Numbered from the stretch's first letter, positions 25,794 through 35,264 are shown. The stretch: DNA of 39,894 nucleotides from Chloroflexota bacterium (GCA_016875795.1 VGOU01000002.1:1-39894); one strand, 5' to 3'. Numbers and translations are program-made. Notes: generated from the sequence alone by a model not told the origin.

Positions 25794-26965
25794 GCGTCAC
25801 CGCGGGAGCGGAAGGGCCGACGGCGGGGGCCAGGCCCTGGGGCGACGTACGGCGACTCCTCGTCGAGCGCGCGCGGGTCCGCCGGCAGCCTTTCCTCGAC
25901 ACGCGGGCCGACGAGGTGGAGCAGGTCCTCGCGCGTCTCGACTCGGTCGAGCCCGCGCCGTGGGTCGAGGCCTTCGGAGCGCTGGCGGAAGCGCACGAGC
26001 GCGCCGCGCGCGGAGCCGAGGCGGCCGGCGACCGAGAGCGCGCCGCCGCGGAATGGCTGCTCGCCGCCGGCTACTGGCGCGTGGCGCGCTACCCCGCGCC
26101 GACCTCGGCGCCGAAGCGCGCCGCGCACGAGCGGGCGCGCTCGAGCTACCTCGCGGCCGCGCGTTACTTCGACCCTCCGCTCGAGGAGGTGCGGATCCCG
26201 TTCCGCGGGAGGGCCGGCGATGGGGACCACGTGCTTGCGCATCTCCGGCGCCCCCACGGCCTCGAGCGGCCGCCGGTGGCGGTCGTCTGGGGCGGGATCG
26301 ACGCGTTCAAGGAAGAGAGGCGAGGCGACGCGTATCTCGCCGAAGGGCTCGCGACGCTCGCCATGGAGATGCCGGGGATCGGCGGCTCGCCCATCGTCGG
26401 CGCTCCGGACGCCGAGCGGCTCTGGGATCCGGTCTTCGAGTGGCTCGGCGCGCGCGACGACGTGGACGGCACGCGGATCGGGATCGTCGGCGGCAGCACC
26501 GGCGGGTATTGGGCCGTGAAGCTCGCGCACGTGCGGCGCGACCGCATCGCGGCCGCGGCGTGTCACGGTGGATGCGTTCACCACGCCTTCACGCGTGAGT
26601 GGATGGAGCGCGCGCAGGTGGGCGAGTACCCGTTCGAGTTCGGCGAGACGCTCGCCGCGGCATTCGGGCTCCGGACCTACGAGGAGTGGGTCGCGTTCGC
26701 TCCGCGGCTCTCCCTCCTCGACGCGGGCATCCTCGATCGGCCCTGCGCTCCGCTGCTCCTCGTGAATGGCGCGAACGACACGGTCTTCCCGATCGCGGAC
26801 ATGCACCTCCTGCTCGAGCGCGGCGATCCGAAGTCGGCGCGCTTCTACCAGGCGGGTCACATGGGCCCCTACCGCGACGCGGAGAAGCTCATCGCGAGGT
26901 GGCTGGCGACGACGCTGCGGGCGCCGGCGGAACGGCCGACGGTCGCAGCATCCCGGGGAGCGTGA
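25790..26965 (+). CDS. Alpha/beta hydrolase (FrsA/DUF1100-like esterase)
   Basis: The GTG at 25790 overlaps the LLM-1 stop (GTGA). The nucleophile elbow is IVGGSTGGYWA, with later LLLVNGANDTVFP and AGHMG. Confidence 0.7.
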   Translation: MSVTAGAEGPTAGARPWGDVRRLLVERARVRRQPFLDTRADEVEQVLARLDSVEPAPWVEAFGALAEAHERAARGAEAAGDRERAAAEWLLAAGYWRVARYPAPTSAPKRAAHERARSSYLAAARYFDPPLEEVRIPFRGRAGDGDHVLAHLRRPHGLERPPVAVVWGGIDAFKEERRGDAYLAEGLATLAMEMPGIGGSPIVGAPDAERLWDPVFEWLGARDDVDGTRIGIVGGSTGGYWAVKLAHVRRDRIAAAACHGGCVHHAFTREWMERAQVGEYPFEFGETLAAAFGLRTYEEWVAFAPRLSLLDAGILDRPCAPLLLVNGANDTVFPIADMHLLLERGDPKSARFYQAGHMGPYRDAEKLIARWLATTLRAPAERPTVAASRGA

Positions 26966-27416
26966 GGAGGACGCCACCGGCGACGAGCGCCGCGTAGGCC
27001 TGTCCGTCCAGGAGCGTCGCCGGCAGGGCCGCGTCGAGCGCGAGGCGGCCGGGGCCGGCGATCCCGAGGGTGACCAGGCCCACGAGCAGGGTGCCCTGGA
27101 ACTCGAAGCCCCGCCGCTCGTTGAAGAACCCGTTCCGGAAGTGCACCTTCCGGATCGCGACGATCATGAGGACCGACAGGAACGCCGCCGCGACGGGCGT
27201 CGCAAGACCGACCAGGAGGAGCGGCCCGCCGGCGAGCTCCGCGCCGAGCGCGAGCGCGGCGAAGAGGGCCGAGGGTCTGAAGCCGTGTCGCGTCACCCTC
27301 GATGTCCACTCCGCCCAGCCCGGGCCTCCCCACCATCCGAGGAGCTTCTGGAGCGCGTGCGCCGTGAAGAGCGAGCCGAGCCAGAGGCGCAACAGGAGCA
27401 GCGCCCAGTCGGTCAC
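26889..27416 (-). CDS. DoxX family membrane protein
   Basis: The GTG at 27416 overlaps the DLH stop (GTGA). VTDWALLLLRLWLGSLFTAHALQKLLGWWGGPG... has four hydrophobic segments. Its 3' end overlaps the convergent hydrolase gene by 77 nt. Confidence 0.7.
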   Translation of the reverse strand: MTDWALLLLRLWLGSLFTAHALQKLLGWWGGPGWAEWTSRVTRHGFRPSALFAALALGAELAGGPLLLVGLATPVAAAFLSVLMIVAIRKVHFRNGFFNERRGFEFQGTLLVGLVTLGIAGPGRLALDAALPATLLDGQAYAALVAGGVLLTLPGMLRPSAVPPAPAASSPATSR

Positions 27417-28177
27417 GCCAGCCGCTTCCTGTAGAAGTCCAGCGTCCGGGTCCAGGAGGCGCAGGCCTCCACGTATCCCTCGGCCTCGTCGTCCTCGAGG
27501 AACTGCTTGAGGAAACCGTGTCCGAGCCCGGGATAGATGTGGAACTCGTGCTTCACGGCGGCCGCTTGAAGTCCCGAGCGCAGCGCCTGAACGTTCTGGA
27601 TCCCGCACGGCTGATCTTGGTCGCCCCAGAACCCGAGGATGGGGCCGGTCATCTTGTGCGTGATCTCCACTGGCGCCGGCGGCTCCTTCGGGGGATCCCC
27701 GTGCCCGCGCGGGAAGCCGTAGTAGCAGACGCTCGCGAGGTCTTTCCGCTCCGCCGCGAGCTGCAGCACGAAGGTGCCTCCGCCGCAGAACCCGATCGTC
27801 CCGAGCCTCCCCGTCGCCTCGGGAACCGACGCGAGCCACCGCAGGGTCACGAGGAGGTCGCGCAGGGTCCCGCTCCCTTGGAGCGCCGTCCGGCGCGCCA
27901 TCGCGTTGTCGAAGGTCGGCGCGGCGAGTGGACCCTCTCGGAAGTAGTAGTCCGGCTGCAGCGCGACGAAGCCCGCCTGGGCCAACCGGCGCGTGATGAC
28001 GTCATAGAAAGGAGAGCGGCCGTACATGTCGGTCAGGACGATCACGGCCGGGGCGGGCGTGCGATCGGGCAGCGCGAGCATCGCCGGCATCCGTTCCCCG
28101 CTCTCCAGCTCGACCCAGAGCTCCCGCGTCGCGACGTCGGGGACCGGCGTGCCCGCAGGGACCTCCGGATGGCACAT
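27413..28177 (-). CDS. Dienelactone hydrolase family protein
   Basis: 254 aa. The Cys nucleophile motif is IGFCGGGTF, and the C-terminus has YPGLGHGF. Confidence 0.8.
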   Translation of the reverse strand: MCHPEVPAGTPVPDVATRELWVELESGERMPAMLALPDRTPAPAVIVLTDMYGRSPFYDVITRRLAQAGFVALQPDYYFREGPLAAPTFDNAMARRTALQGSGTLRDLLVTLRWLASVPEATGRLGTIGFCGGGTFVLQLAAERKDLASVCYYGFPRGHGDPPKEPPAPVEITHKMTGPILGFWGDQDQPCGIQNVQALRSGLQAAAVKHEFHIYPGLGHGFLKQFLEDDEAEGYVEACASWTRTLDFYRKRLA

Positions 28178-28204
28178 GCGCGATCCTCCCCCGGGAAACG
28201 CCTT

Positions 28205-28218
28205 CGTATGCAGGATAC
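28205..28218. promoter_or_regulatory. Second copy of the candidate GntR operator (CGTATGCAGGATAC)
   Basis: It is centred in the 59-nt divergent intergenic region between DLH (start 28177) and amidohydrolase-2 (start 28237). Positions 28206-28218 are the exact reverse complement of 24715-24727. Confidence 0.45.
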
Positions 28219-28236
28219 AGTCGCGCGAAGCCGAAC

Positions 28237-29235
28237 ATGAGTGAGCGCACGGGCGCGATCGACGTGCACGCGCACTTCATCCCGCCCGCGTACGTCGAGC
28301 TGACGCGTCGCGTCGGCGCCGGGGACGGCGAGACCGCCGCCGAGGCGCGGCTCACGTACGAGCATCCGCTCCGCGTGCGCGACCCGATGTTCGGGGGCGA
28401 GCTCGGCTCACGTGTCGAGCTGATGGACGGCGCCGGGATCGCGACCCAGATCCTGAGCTTCTCGTCGCCGAACGTGTGGCATCGCGATGTCGCGATGCGC
28501 GCCGCGCTGGTCCGCACCTTCAATGAGGGCTGTCTCGAGGCGTGCCGCGCCTTCCCCGGGCGGTTCAAGCTCTTCGCGAACGTGCCCATGCCCTTCGTCG
28601 AGGCGGCGCTCGAGGAAACGTCGCGGGTCGGCGACGACCCGGACGTCGTCGGATTCGGGATCTGCACGCACGCGGGCGACCTGGCGCTGGACGATCGGCG
28701 TTTCGAGCCGGTCTACGCGGAGTGGGACCGCCGCAGAGCTGCGGTCCTCGTACACCCTGATCGCTTCAGTACGCCGAAGGTCCTCGAGCGCTACGGCATG
28801 GAGTGGGGGCTCGGCGCTCCGTTCGACGACACCATCGCGGTCGTCCGCCTCGTGCGCGGAGGGGTCGCGGCGCGGTACCCGCGGATCACCTGGATCGTGC
28901 CGCATCTCGGCGGGACGCTCCCGATCCTGTACGAGCGCCTCGACCTGCTCGGACGGAGAGCGGGCCCGGGCGGGACGCCGCTCCCGCCGCTTCGCGACGG
29001 CCTGGCTGCGTTCCTGTTCGACACGTGCACGCCTTCGCGATCCGGGCTGCGCCTGGCGCGTGAGGTCCTCGGCGCGGACAGGCTCGTCTTCGGCAGCGAC
29101 TTCCCCTACGTTTCCCGCGACGACCTCGGTGCGGGCCTGCGCCTGCTGGAGGAAGCGGGCTTCGGACGCGAGGAGCTCGCGTCCGCTCGCGGTCGCACGA
29201 TGCTCGCCCGCATCCCGACGCTCGCCGGAGCCTGA
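28237..29235 (+). CDS. Amidohydrolase_2 family metal-dependent hydrolase/decarboxylase (ACMSD-like)
   Basis: 332 aa. The N-terminus is IDVHAHFIPP. Later motifs are VLVHP, IVPHLGG and FGSDFPY. Confidence 0.8.
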   Translation: MSERTGAIDVHAHFIPPAYVELTRRVGAGDGETAAEARLTYEHPLRVRDPMFGGELGSRVELMDGAGIATQILSFSSPNVWHRDVAMRAALVRTFNEGCLEACRAFPGRFKLFANVPMPFVEAALEETSRVGDDPDVVGFGICTHAGDLALDDRRFEPVYAEWDRRRAAVLVHPDRFSTPKVLERYGMEWGLGAPFDDTIAVVRLVRGGVAARYPRITWIVPHLGGTLPILYERLDLLGRRAGPGGTPLPPLRDGLAAFLFDTCTPSRSGLRLAREVLGADRLVFGSDFPYVSRDDLGAGLRLLEEAGFGREELASARGRTMLARIPTLAGA

Positions 29236-29238
29236 GGC

Positions 29239-29658
29239 CTACCCGTCCAGTGCGGCGACCGCCTCGATCTCGAAGAGGTAGTCCGGGTTCGCGAAGCCCG
29301 GCACCTGGAGCAGGGTCGTGGCGGGGTGATCCGCCGTGAAGTAGCGGCCACGCACCTCGCGGAGCGCGTCGCGAACGCTCCCGTAGTCCGCGTTCGCGTG
29401 CACGTAGACGTTCGTCTTCACGATGTCGCGCATGCTGCCACCGGCGGCCGCGAGCACCCGCTCGAGGTTCGCGTACGCGAGCTCGGCCTGCCGGACGACA
29501 TCGCCCTTCGGCACGTCGCCGTTCGGAAGCCGGCCGACGATGCCGCTGACGAATAGGAGCGCCCCGCCGGTCACCTTGATGGCCTGATGGAACTGCCACG
29601 GCGCCTGATAGATATCGCGCGGATCCACGAAGTCCTTCTTGAGCGTCGCGGTGGTCAT
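29239..29658 (-). CDS. RidA/YjgF/L-PSP family enamine/imine deaminase
   Basis: 139 aa. ...AIKVTGGALLFVSGIVG... and ...IVKTNVYV...FEIEAVAAL. Confidence 0.85.
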   Translation of the reverse strand: MTTATLKKDFVDPRDIYQAPWQFHQAIKVTGGALLFVSGIVGRLPNGDVPKGDVVRQAELAYANLERVLAAAGGSMRDIVKTNVYVHANADYGSVRDALREVRGRYFTADHPATTLLQVPGFANPDYLFEIEAVAALDG

Positions 29659-29670
29659 CGCATCCTCCCT

Positions 29671-30342
29671 TTACCTGCGGATCAGCCCGACCTTGGCGAA
29701 CTCGTCGCGCCGCTTCGCCGCCGCCCGAGCGAGGTCCTCCGGTACCTCGCGCGGCGAGCCCACGCTCCGCGCGAGCATCGAGGCTTCAGCGTTCTCCTCG
29801 ACGGCGAAGACGATCCTGACGGCTTCGTCGATCGTCGGCGCGAACGCGAGCAGGCCGTGGTTCCTGAGCAGGAGCGCCTTCGCGGCAGGGTCCGCGTCGA
29901 GCGTCCTGCCGATGCTCGCGACCTCCAGGTCCGAGCCGCGCGGCCCGAAGTCGGTCACGGGGATCGGCGTGAAGATGAGACGCGCGAGGGCCATCGTGTA
30001 CACGGGCATCCTCGCGCCGGCGACCGCGTAGCCGGTCGCGTGCGGCGAGTGCGCGTGCACGACCGCCGCGACGTCGGAACGGTGCCTGTATACGACCGTG
30101 TGCAGGTGGACGATCTCCATGGCTTGCGGCTCGATGTACCCCGAGACGACCTCGCCGTCGAGCCGCACTCGCGCGAGCGTCTCGGCTCGGGTGTTGTCAA
30201 GGAGCGCGCCGGTGAGCAGCGCCTCGTCCGTGCCCTCGATCCGGATCGAGATGTTGCCGTGGTTGTTCTTCCAGAGCACCCCCGTGCGTACCAGTCGGTC
30301 CGCGGCTCCGACGATGGCCTGCCTCGCTTCGGCCTCGTTCAC
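29671..30342 (-). CDS. Class II aldolase/adducin family protein
   Basis: 223 aa. GNISIR, AVVHAHSPHATGYA and LLRNHGLLAF. It lies 12 nt upstream of ridA on the same strand. Confidence 0.8.
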   Translation of the reverse strand: MNEAEARQAIVGAADRLVRTGVLWKNNHGNISIRIEGTDEALLTGALLDNTRAETLARVRLDGEVVSGYIEPQAMEIVHLHTVVYRHRSDVAAVVHAHSPHATGYAVAGARMPVYTMALARLIFTPIPVTDFGPRGSDLEVASIGRTLDADPAAKALLLRNHGLLAFAPTIDEAVRIVFAVEENAEASMLARSVGSPREVPEDLARAAAKRRDEFAKVGLIRR

Positions 30343-30353
30343 GCTCCGAGCTC

Positions 30354-31736
30354 CTATCTCGCCGCCGTCGCGACGATTCTTGCGACGTCACGTCGCGCAT
30401 CGCCCGCCCGCTCGAGGACCCGACGCTGCGCCGCCGCGGCCCCCGCGACGATCCCAGCGACGTCGCAGCCCACCATGACCCCGTCACGCTTCGCGAAGCG
30501 GCCGTCGACCAGGACGGTCTCAACGTCGGCGACGCGGGCGGAGTGGACGATCCGCTCGGCTGGATCGCCGGTCCCCACCGTCCCGGGACGATCGAGCCGC
30601 ACGAGCGACAGGTCCGCGCGTTTGCCGGCCCGGATCGACCCGGTCGCGTCGGCGAGGGCGAGGCCGCGCGCACCGCCGATCGTCGCGAGCTCGAGGAGGC
30701 GCCGCGCCGGCACGATGCGGCCCGTCCGAACTCGCTCGTGCCCATACGCGACGCGCATCGACTCGAACGGGTCGGCGGGGACGACGGCCGTGGAGTCGAG
30801 CGAGAAGCTCGCCTCCACTCCGGCGTCGAGCAGCTCGCTGAGCTGCGGGGCGCTGCGCGCATATCGCACCTCGTTGAGCGGGCTCATGCTCACGTGGACG
30901 CCGTGCTCGGCGATCAGCCCACGCTCCTGCGCGGACACGTGATTGCAGTGCGCGAGGAGCAGGTCGGGTCCAAGCAGACCTGCCGACGCGAGGACCTCGA
31001 CCTGACGGATCCGGGCGACCTCCTCCGTCGTTCCGGCGCAGTGCATCGAGATGGGAAGGCCAAGCTCACGTGCTTCCGCGAACTCGCGCTCCCACACCCG
31101 CGGCGAGGAGCGAGCGGGTCCTCGGAGAGCGACACCGAACGTGAGGAGGTCGTCCGCGAAGCGCTCGCGAAGTCGGACGACGTCCGACATGTCCATCGGA
31201 TCCCCGGGCGACCTGCCGGCCTCGCGCATGACGGCCGAGGCCTGATCGGGAGTGAGCGCCGGATGCGTCGACGGCGTCGCGTACGAGAACCGCGCGCGCG
31301 CTCGGACCTCAAGGTGCGGACGTACGTTCGCGTCCGCGTCCGCAGGATCATTGATCTGATGGGCCCAGTCGTGGACGGTGGTGATCCCAGCCGAGAGCGC
31401 CTCGACGAGGGAGAGCCGCACCGCGGCCTCCTGGTCCTCGGGCCGGATGAACGGCCCCAGCCGGGCCTTCTGCGGGAACCAGCTCGTCTCCGGCCGATCG
31501 TCGACCGCCCCGCGGAGCAGAGGGGTCCAGAGATGCCAATGGCTGTCGACGAAGCCGGGAAGCGCGACGCACCCCGCGGCATCCACGATCTCGGCACCCG
31601 GCAGGTCCAAGCGCGGCGCGACGGCGGCGATCGCTCCTCCGCTGATCAGGATGTCCCCGACCGGCAGCTCCGGGACCTCGGGGTCGAGCGTGAGGACGCA
31701 CGCGCCTCGTATGAGCAGGTCGGCCGAACCGGTCAT
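30354..31736 (-). CDS. Amidohydrolase_1 family (cytosine/guanine deaminase or chlorohydrolase-like)
   Basis: 460 aa from ATG 31736. LLIRGACVLTLD...ALPGFVDSHWHLW, ...MHCAG..., ...LLAHCNH... and ...GSIRAGKRADL. The tracked ORF's extra 83 N-terminal aa are run-on. Confidence 0.8.
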   Translation of the reverse strand: MTGSADLLIRGACVLTLDPEVPELPVGDILISGGAIAAVAPRLDLPGAEIVDAAGCVALPGFVDSHWHLWTPLLRGAVDDRPETSWFPQKARLGPFIRPEDQEAAVRLSLVEALSAGITTVHDWAHQINDPADADANVRPHLEVRARARFSYATPSTHPALTPDQASAVMREAGRSPGDPMDMSDVVRLRERFADDLLTFGVALRGPARSSPRVWEREFAEARELGLPISMHCAGTTEEVARIRQVEVLASAGLLGPDLLLAHCNHVSAQERGLIAEHGVHVSMSPLNEVRYARSAPQLSELLDAGVEASFSLDSTAVVPADPFESMRVAYGHERVRTGRIVPARRLLELATIGGARGLALADATGSIRAGKRADLSLVRLDRPGTVGTGDPAERIVHSARVADVETVLVDGRFAKRDGVMVGCDVAGIVAGAAAAQRRVLERAGDARRDVARIVATAAR

Positions 31737-31784
31737 CGCGCTTGGCTCGCTGCGGGTCGTCGCCGCGCGCACAAGGCTGCACAT

Positions 31785-31800
31785 CGTATGACATGATGCG
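31785..31800. promoter_or_regulatory. Degenerate third operator-like site CGTAT-GACATG-ATGCG
   Basis: It sits in the 67-nt divergent intergenic region between amidohydrolase-1 (31736) and LLM-2 (31804). The arms match 4 of 5 as a palindrome, and the spacer is one nt longer than in sites 1 and 2. Confidence 0.3.
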
Positions 31801-31803
31801 CTC

Positions 31804-32853
31804 GTGCGACAGCCCTCGATGACCGGATCCGGTGTGCGTTTCTGCGTCCGGCTCCCCCACTCCTGGTGCGCCGCGGACCCCCGCGCGATCGCCCGTGTCG
31901 CCGCCGAGGCGGAGCGTCTCGGGTTCTGGGGCGTCTCCGTCCAGGACCACTTCATCCAGGACGCGGGAGTGGCGCCGTGCGGCAAGGATGGCGCGCACGG
32001 CGAGGATCGGAACGCGATGGACGCGCTTCAGGTCCTCGCGTACGTCGCCGCCCGGACCGAGCGCGTCCGCCTCGTGACCGGGGTCATCGTCCTCCCGATG
32101 CGGAACCCGTTCTCGCTGGCGAAGGAGGTCGCCACCCTCGACGTGCTCTCGAGCGGTCGCGTGGTCTTCGGCGTCGGCGTCGGCGCGCCGCCGCAGGGCG
32201 GCACGAGCAGCGAAGGGCAGCATCTCGGCGGGCACAGCTCGATCGCCAGCAAGGAGTTCGAGGTCTTCGGGGTCAGTGGGAACCGCGGGAAGCACGCGGA
32301 CGAGGCCATCCGAGTGCTCGACGCTCTATGGACGCAAGAGCGAGCGGCCTACCGCGGCAAGCGCTTCACGTTCGACGAGGTCGAGGTGTATCCCAAGCCG
32401 GTGCAGACGCCGAGGCCGCCGATCTGGATCGGCGGGCGTTCGCCCGAGGCGCAGCGCCGGGCCGCGCTGCTCGCGGAGGGCTGGATCCCGAGTCAGTGCC
32501 CGCTCCCGATCTTCGAGGAGGGGGTGCGGTCGATCCGCCGCCTGGCCGCGGAGCGAGGTCGCCGTCCGCCCGAGGACTTCGGGATCAACGTGTTCATCTC
32601 GGTCGCGACGACCGAGAGGGCGGCGCAGGATGACCTGCGCCGCGCGCTCGGCCGCAGGTTCCAGGGCGACGCCGCGCTCTTCGCCGCCACGATCGCGGCG
32701 ACTCCCGTGCAGGCGATCGCGCACATCGAGCGCTATCGCCGCGCCGGGCTGAACGTGATCGACCTGAAGTTCCTCCCGCTGGCGCTCGAGCCGACGCTCG
32801 AGCAGATGCGGCTGCTCGCGTCGGAGGTCATGCCGGCGCTCGCGGCCGCCTGA
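31804..32853 (+). CDS. Luciferase-like monooxygenase (LLM) family oxidoreductase, copy 2
   Basis: 349 aa (GTG at 31804, or ATG at 31819). It is a paralog of 24756-25793: LAYVAARTERVRLVTGVIVLPMRNPFSLAKEVATLDVLSSGRVVFGVGVG. Confidence 0.8.
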   Translation: MRQPSMTGSGVRFCVRLPHSWCAADPRAIARVAAEAERLGFWGVSVQDHFIQDAGVAPCGKDGAHGEDRNAMDALQVLAYVAARTERVRLVTGVIVLPMRNPFSLAKEVATLDVLSSGRVVFGVGVGAPPQGGTSSEGQHLGGHSSIASKEFEVFGVSGNRGKHADEAIRVLDALWTQERAAYRGKRFTFDEVEVYPKPVQTPRPPIWIGGRSPEAQRRAALLAEGWIPSQCPLPIFEEGVRSIRRLAAERGRRPPEDFGINVFISVATTERAAQDDLRRALGRRFQGDAALFAATIAATPVQAIAHIERYRRAGLNVIDLKFLPLALEPTLEQMRLLASEVMPALAAA

Positions 32854-32917
32854 ACACGAGCGACCCCGGTCCCCTCGCGGAGACCGGGGTCGCCCCGGAG
32901 GCGGGAGTCCCTGATGG

Positions 32918-34003
32918 CTAGAGCTTCGGCGGATCCTTCGGTATGCCCAGGATCTCCTGCGCCTTCCAGAGCGGCGTGGGATCGAAGAACTTGGACACAG
33001 GAACGGCGTTCCCGAAGAGCCGCTTCGTGAACCCGTCCATGTCTTCCACCGGGAAGCCGCCCGTGTGCGGACGGTAGTTCGCGGCGTCGAGCTCCCAGGC
33101 GTTCCGGATGTCGTCGGTCACCGTGATCCCGATCTTCGGCCCGAGCCCCATGACGTACTCCTGGTTGCCGAGGTCCTTCACGATCTGGAGCGCCTTGATG
33201 TATGCCCCGATGAACGCGACGAACAGGTTCGGCGTCTGCGCGAGCGCCGCCGTGCTCGCGGTGAGCACGTCGCTCCCGTAGACCTTCTCGTCGACCACGA
33301 GCTTGTGTCCGGCCGCGAGCACGCCGTTGCGGTGCCGGTTGAAGATCGGCGTCATGAAGAGCTTGTCCTCGCTGAGCAGCTTGACCCACGCGTTCGATCC
33401 GCCCGGGACCGTGACGGGGTTCACCTTGATCGTCGTGATGTCCCAGCCCGCCTTCTTGAGGAACGCCGCACGGTCGTCGAAGTCCTTGGTACCGGGCGTG
33501 CCCCCGAGCAGGATGTCCTTCCCCTCCAGGTCCTTCAGCGTCCTGATCGACTTGTGGACCGCGATCATCATCGACGTGTAGTTGCTGTGCGCCGCGATCA
33601 TCCGCAGCGGCGTGCCGCGGTTCCCGGCGGCATCCACCACGTCGCTCGTCTCCATGTGCGCGACGTCGAGGCTGCCTCCAAGGACGCCCTCTCGTGTCTG
33701 CTCGGTCGTGATGATCTCGACGTTCGTGAAGCCGACTTCGGCGAAGTAGCCCTTGTCCACGGCGATGCGCATGGGAGCCTGCTGGTTCAGGCTCGGTAGG
33801 CGCAGCCCGACCTTGATGGCGGTCTTCTCGGGTTTCGGCAGCGTCTTCGGCGTAGCAGCCGCGGTCGCCGCGACCGTCGCCGCTACCGTGGGCGCCGCCG
33901 TCGCCGAAGGACTCAGCCCGCCGCACGCGGCGGCGAGGCTGCCCAGGCCGGCGAGCTCGATGAGCCGGCGGCGCGAGATACCGCGAGCGACTTCTTCCTG
34001 CAT
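32918..34003 (-). CDS. ABC transporter substrate-binding lipoprotein (NMT1/THI5-like, NitT/TauT class)
   Basis: 361 aa. The twin-arginine/lipobox leader is SRRRLIELAGLGSLAAACGG, followed by a Thr/Ala linker and a periplasmic-binding fold. Confidence 0.8.
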   Translation of the reverse strand: MQEEVARGISRRRLIELAGLGSLAAACGGLSPSATAAPTVAATVAATAAATPKTLPKPEKTAIKVGLRLPSLNQQAPMRIAVDKGYFAEVGFTNVEIITTEQTREGVLGGSLDVAHMETSDVVDAAGNRGTPLRMIAAHSNYTSMMIAVHKSIRTLKDLEGKDILLGGTPGTKDFDDRAAFLKKAGWDITTIKVNPVTVPGGSNAWVKLLSEDKLFMTPIFNRHRNGVLAAGHKLVVDEKVYGSDVLTASTAALAQTPNLFVAFIGAYIKALQIVKDLGNQEYVMGLGPKIGITVTDDIRNAWELDAANYRPHTGGFPVEDMDGFTKRLFGNAVPVSKFFDPTPLWKAQEILGIPKDPPKL

Positions 34004-34073
34004 CTGATCCCTCCCCGCGTTTCTGCATGCGGTATATTGCCGGACCGCGCGTTGTCAACAGCCTGGCCGCGGA

Positions 34074-35264
34074 TCAGGGTCGCACGAAGAGCCGGAGCGG
34101 CACGCGATGGAGGGGCTCGGCTCCCGTCAGCGTGACGAGGACGAGCTGGCCGGGCTGAACACCGTGACGCCCATCGCGGCTCACGACGTTCGGCTGCACT
34201 ACCAGCATCATTCCTGGCTCGAGCCTGAGATCACCCAGCGGAGCGTGCTGCGTCGCCGGCGTCCGAATGATCGGCGGCAGATAGCCACCCTGGTAGCCGT
34301 GGACGACGTCGTCGCAAACGGTGAAGCCAGCTTCGTCGATCAGCGCCGCCGCTTCGAGCAGCTCATTCGCGGTCGCGCCAGGTCGAATGGCGGCCACGAT
34401 CGCCGTGTAGGCGGCTTCCGCCACGTCGTGCAGCCGCTGTATGAGCGGCGTCGGCTGCGCGCCGACGGCGATCGTGCGCAGCACCTGGCCGGTGTACCCG
34501 CCGTAGCCGGCGCTCAGCTCGATGAAGACGATGTCGCCGGCACGCACCAGCCGGTCAGCCCAGTTCTGAGCCGGACTGACGCGCCCGCCGTCCGCCATCG
34601 AGGCGCTCCCGAGAAAGCAGATCGTGTGGTGCCCGCCGGCCCGCGAGTACGCCGCCTCGACGAGGGCGCCGAGCTCTTGATCCGTCGTTCCCGGCCGGAC
34701 CGCTGCGAGAAGCGCTTCGAGGGCGAGGTCGCAGAGCGCCGCGCCGCGCCTCGTCCATTCGATCTCTTCCGGGCTCTTCACGAGGCGATGCCGTCGAAAG
34801 GCCGGCGTCAGGTCGGTGAATGCGGCACCCGGCAGTAGCGTGTCGAGGCGATCCCGCTGCTGGTAGGGGATCTGCCCGACGAGCCCGATCCGCTCGCGCT
34901 CGAGGGCGAGCGCGGCGAGATGGCGCGCCAGGGTCGCGCCGGTATCGATGCCTCCCCAGCGGACGTCGCTCCACGCCGACATCTCGCGGGCGTTCGCGAC
35001 GTGGTTGAAGAGCTGGACGAAAAGAGCGTCGCCGCGCTCCGTCAGACATGCATATGTGTCGTGTCTCGGTGGGAAGCCGCATACGTACTGGACGTCCTGC
35101 CGCGCCGCGACGTTCCCGTGCACAAGGAGGGCACCCACCCCCGCCTGCGCCATGAGCTCGGCCATCGCGGCGCGTCGCCTGCTGCGCTCCCCCTCCGTGA
35201 AGCGCGGGTACCAGTCGGCCGGGCTGGGGGGGTCCGCGGCTAGAACGTCGTCTCTCGGTACCAC
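34074..35264 (-). CDS. M24 family creatinase/Xaa-Pro peptidase-like protein (copy 2)
   Basis: The GTG at 35264 gives VVPRDDVLAADPPSPADWYPRFTEGERSRRRAAMAELMAQAGVGALLVHG.... The pita-bread region contains GDIVFIELSAGYGGYTGQVLRT, VVHGYQGGY and MMLVVQPN. The tracked 717-aa ORF is run-on through the permease gene. Confidence 0.7.
   Translation of the reverse strand: MVPRDDVLAADPPSPADWYPRFTEGERSRRRAAMAELMAQAGVGALLVHGNVAARQDVQYVCGFPPRHDTYACLTERGDALFVQLFNHVANAREMSAWSDVRWGGIDTGATLARHLAALALERERIGLVGQIPYQQRDRLDTLLPGAAFTDLTPAFRRHRLVKSPEEIEWTRRGAALCDLALEALLAAVRPGTTDQELGALVEAAYSRAGGHHTICFLGSASMADGGRVSPAQNWADRLVRAGDIVFIELSAGYGGYTGQVLRTIAVGAQPTPLIQRLHDVAEAAYTAIVAAIRPGATANELLEAAALIDEAGFTVCDDVVHGYQGGYLPPIIRTPATQHAPLGDLRLEPGMMLVVQPNVVSRDGRHGVQPGQLVLVTLTGAEPLHRVPLRLFVRP

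Noticed and set aside
26889-26965. A 77-nt convergent 3' overlap between the DoxX gene and the FrsA-like hydrolase gene.
   Set aside because: This is probably the same stop-poor antisense effect as in the MFS case, on a small scale. The DoxX tail (…PSAVPPAPAASSPATSR) is low-complexity. It is not informative on its own.
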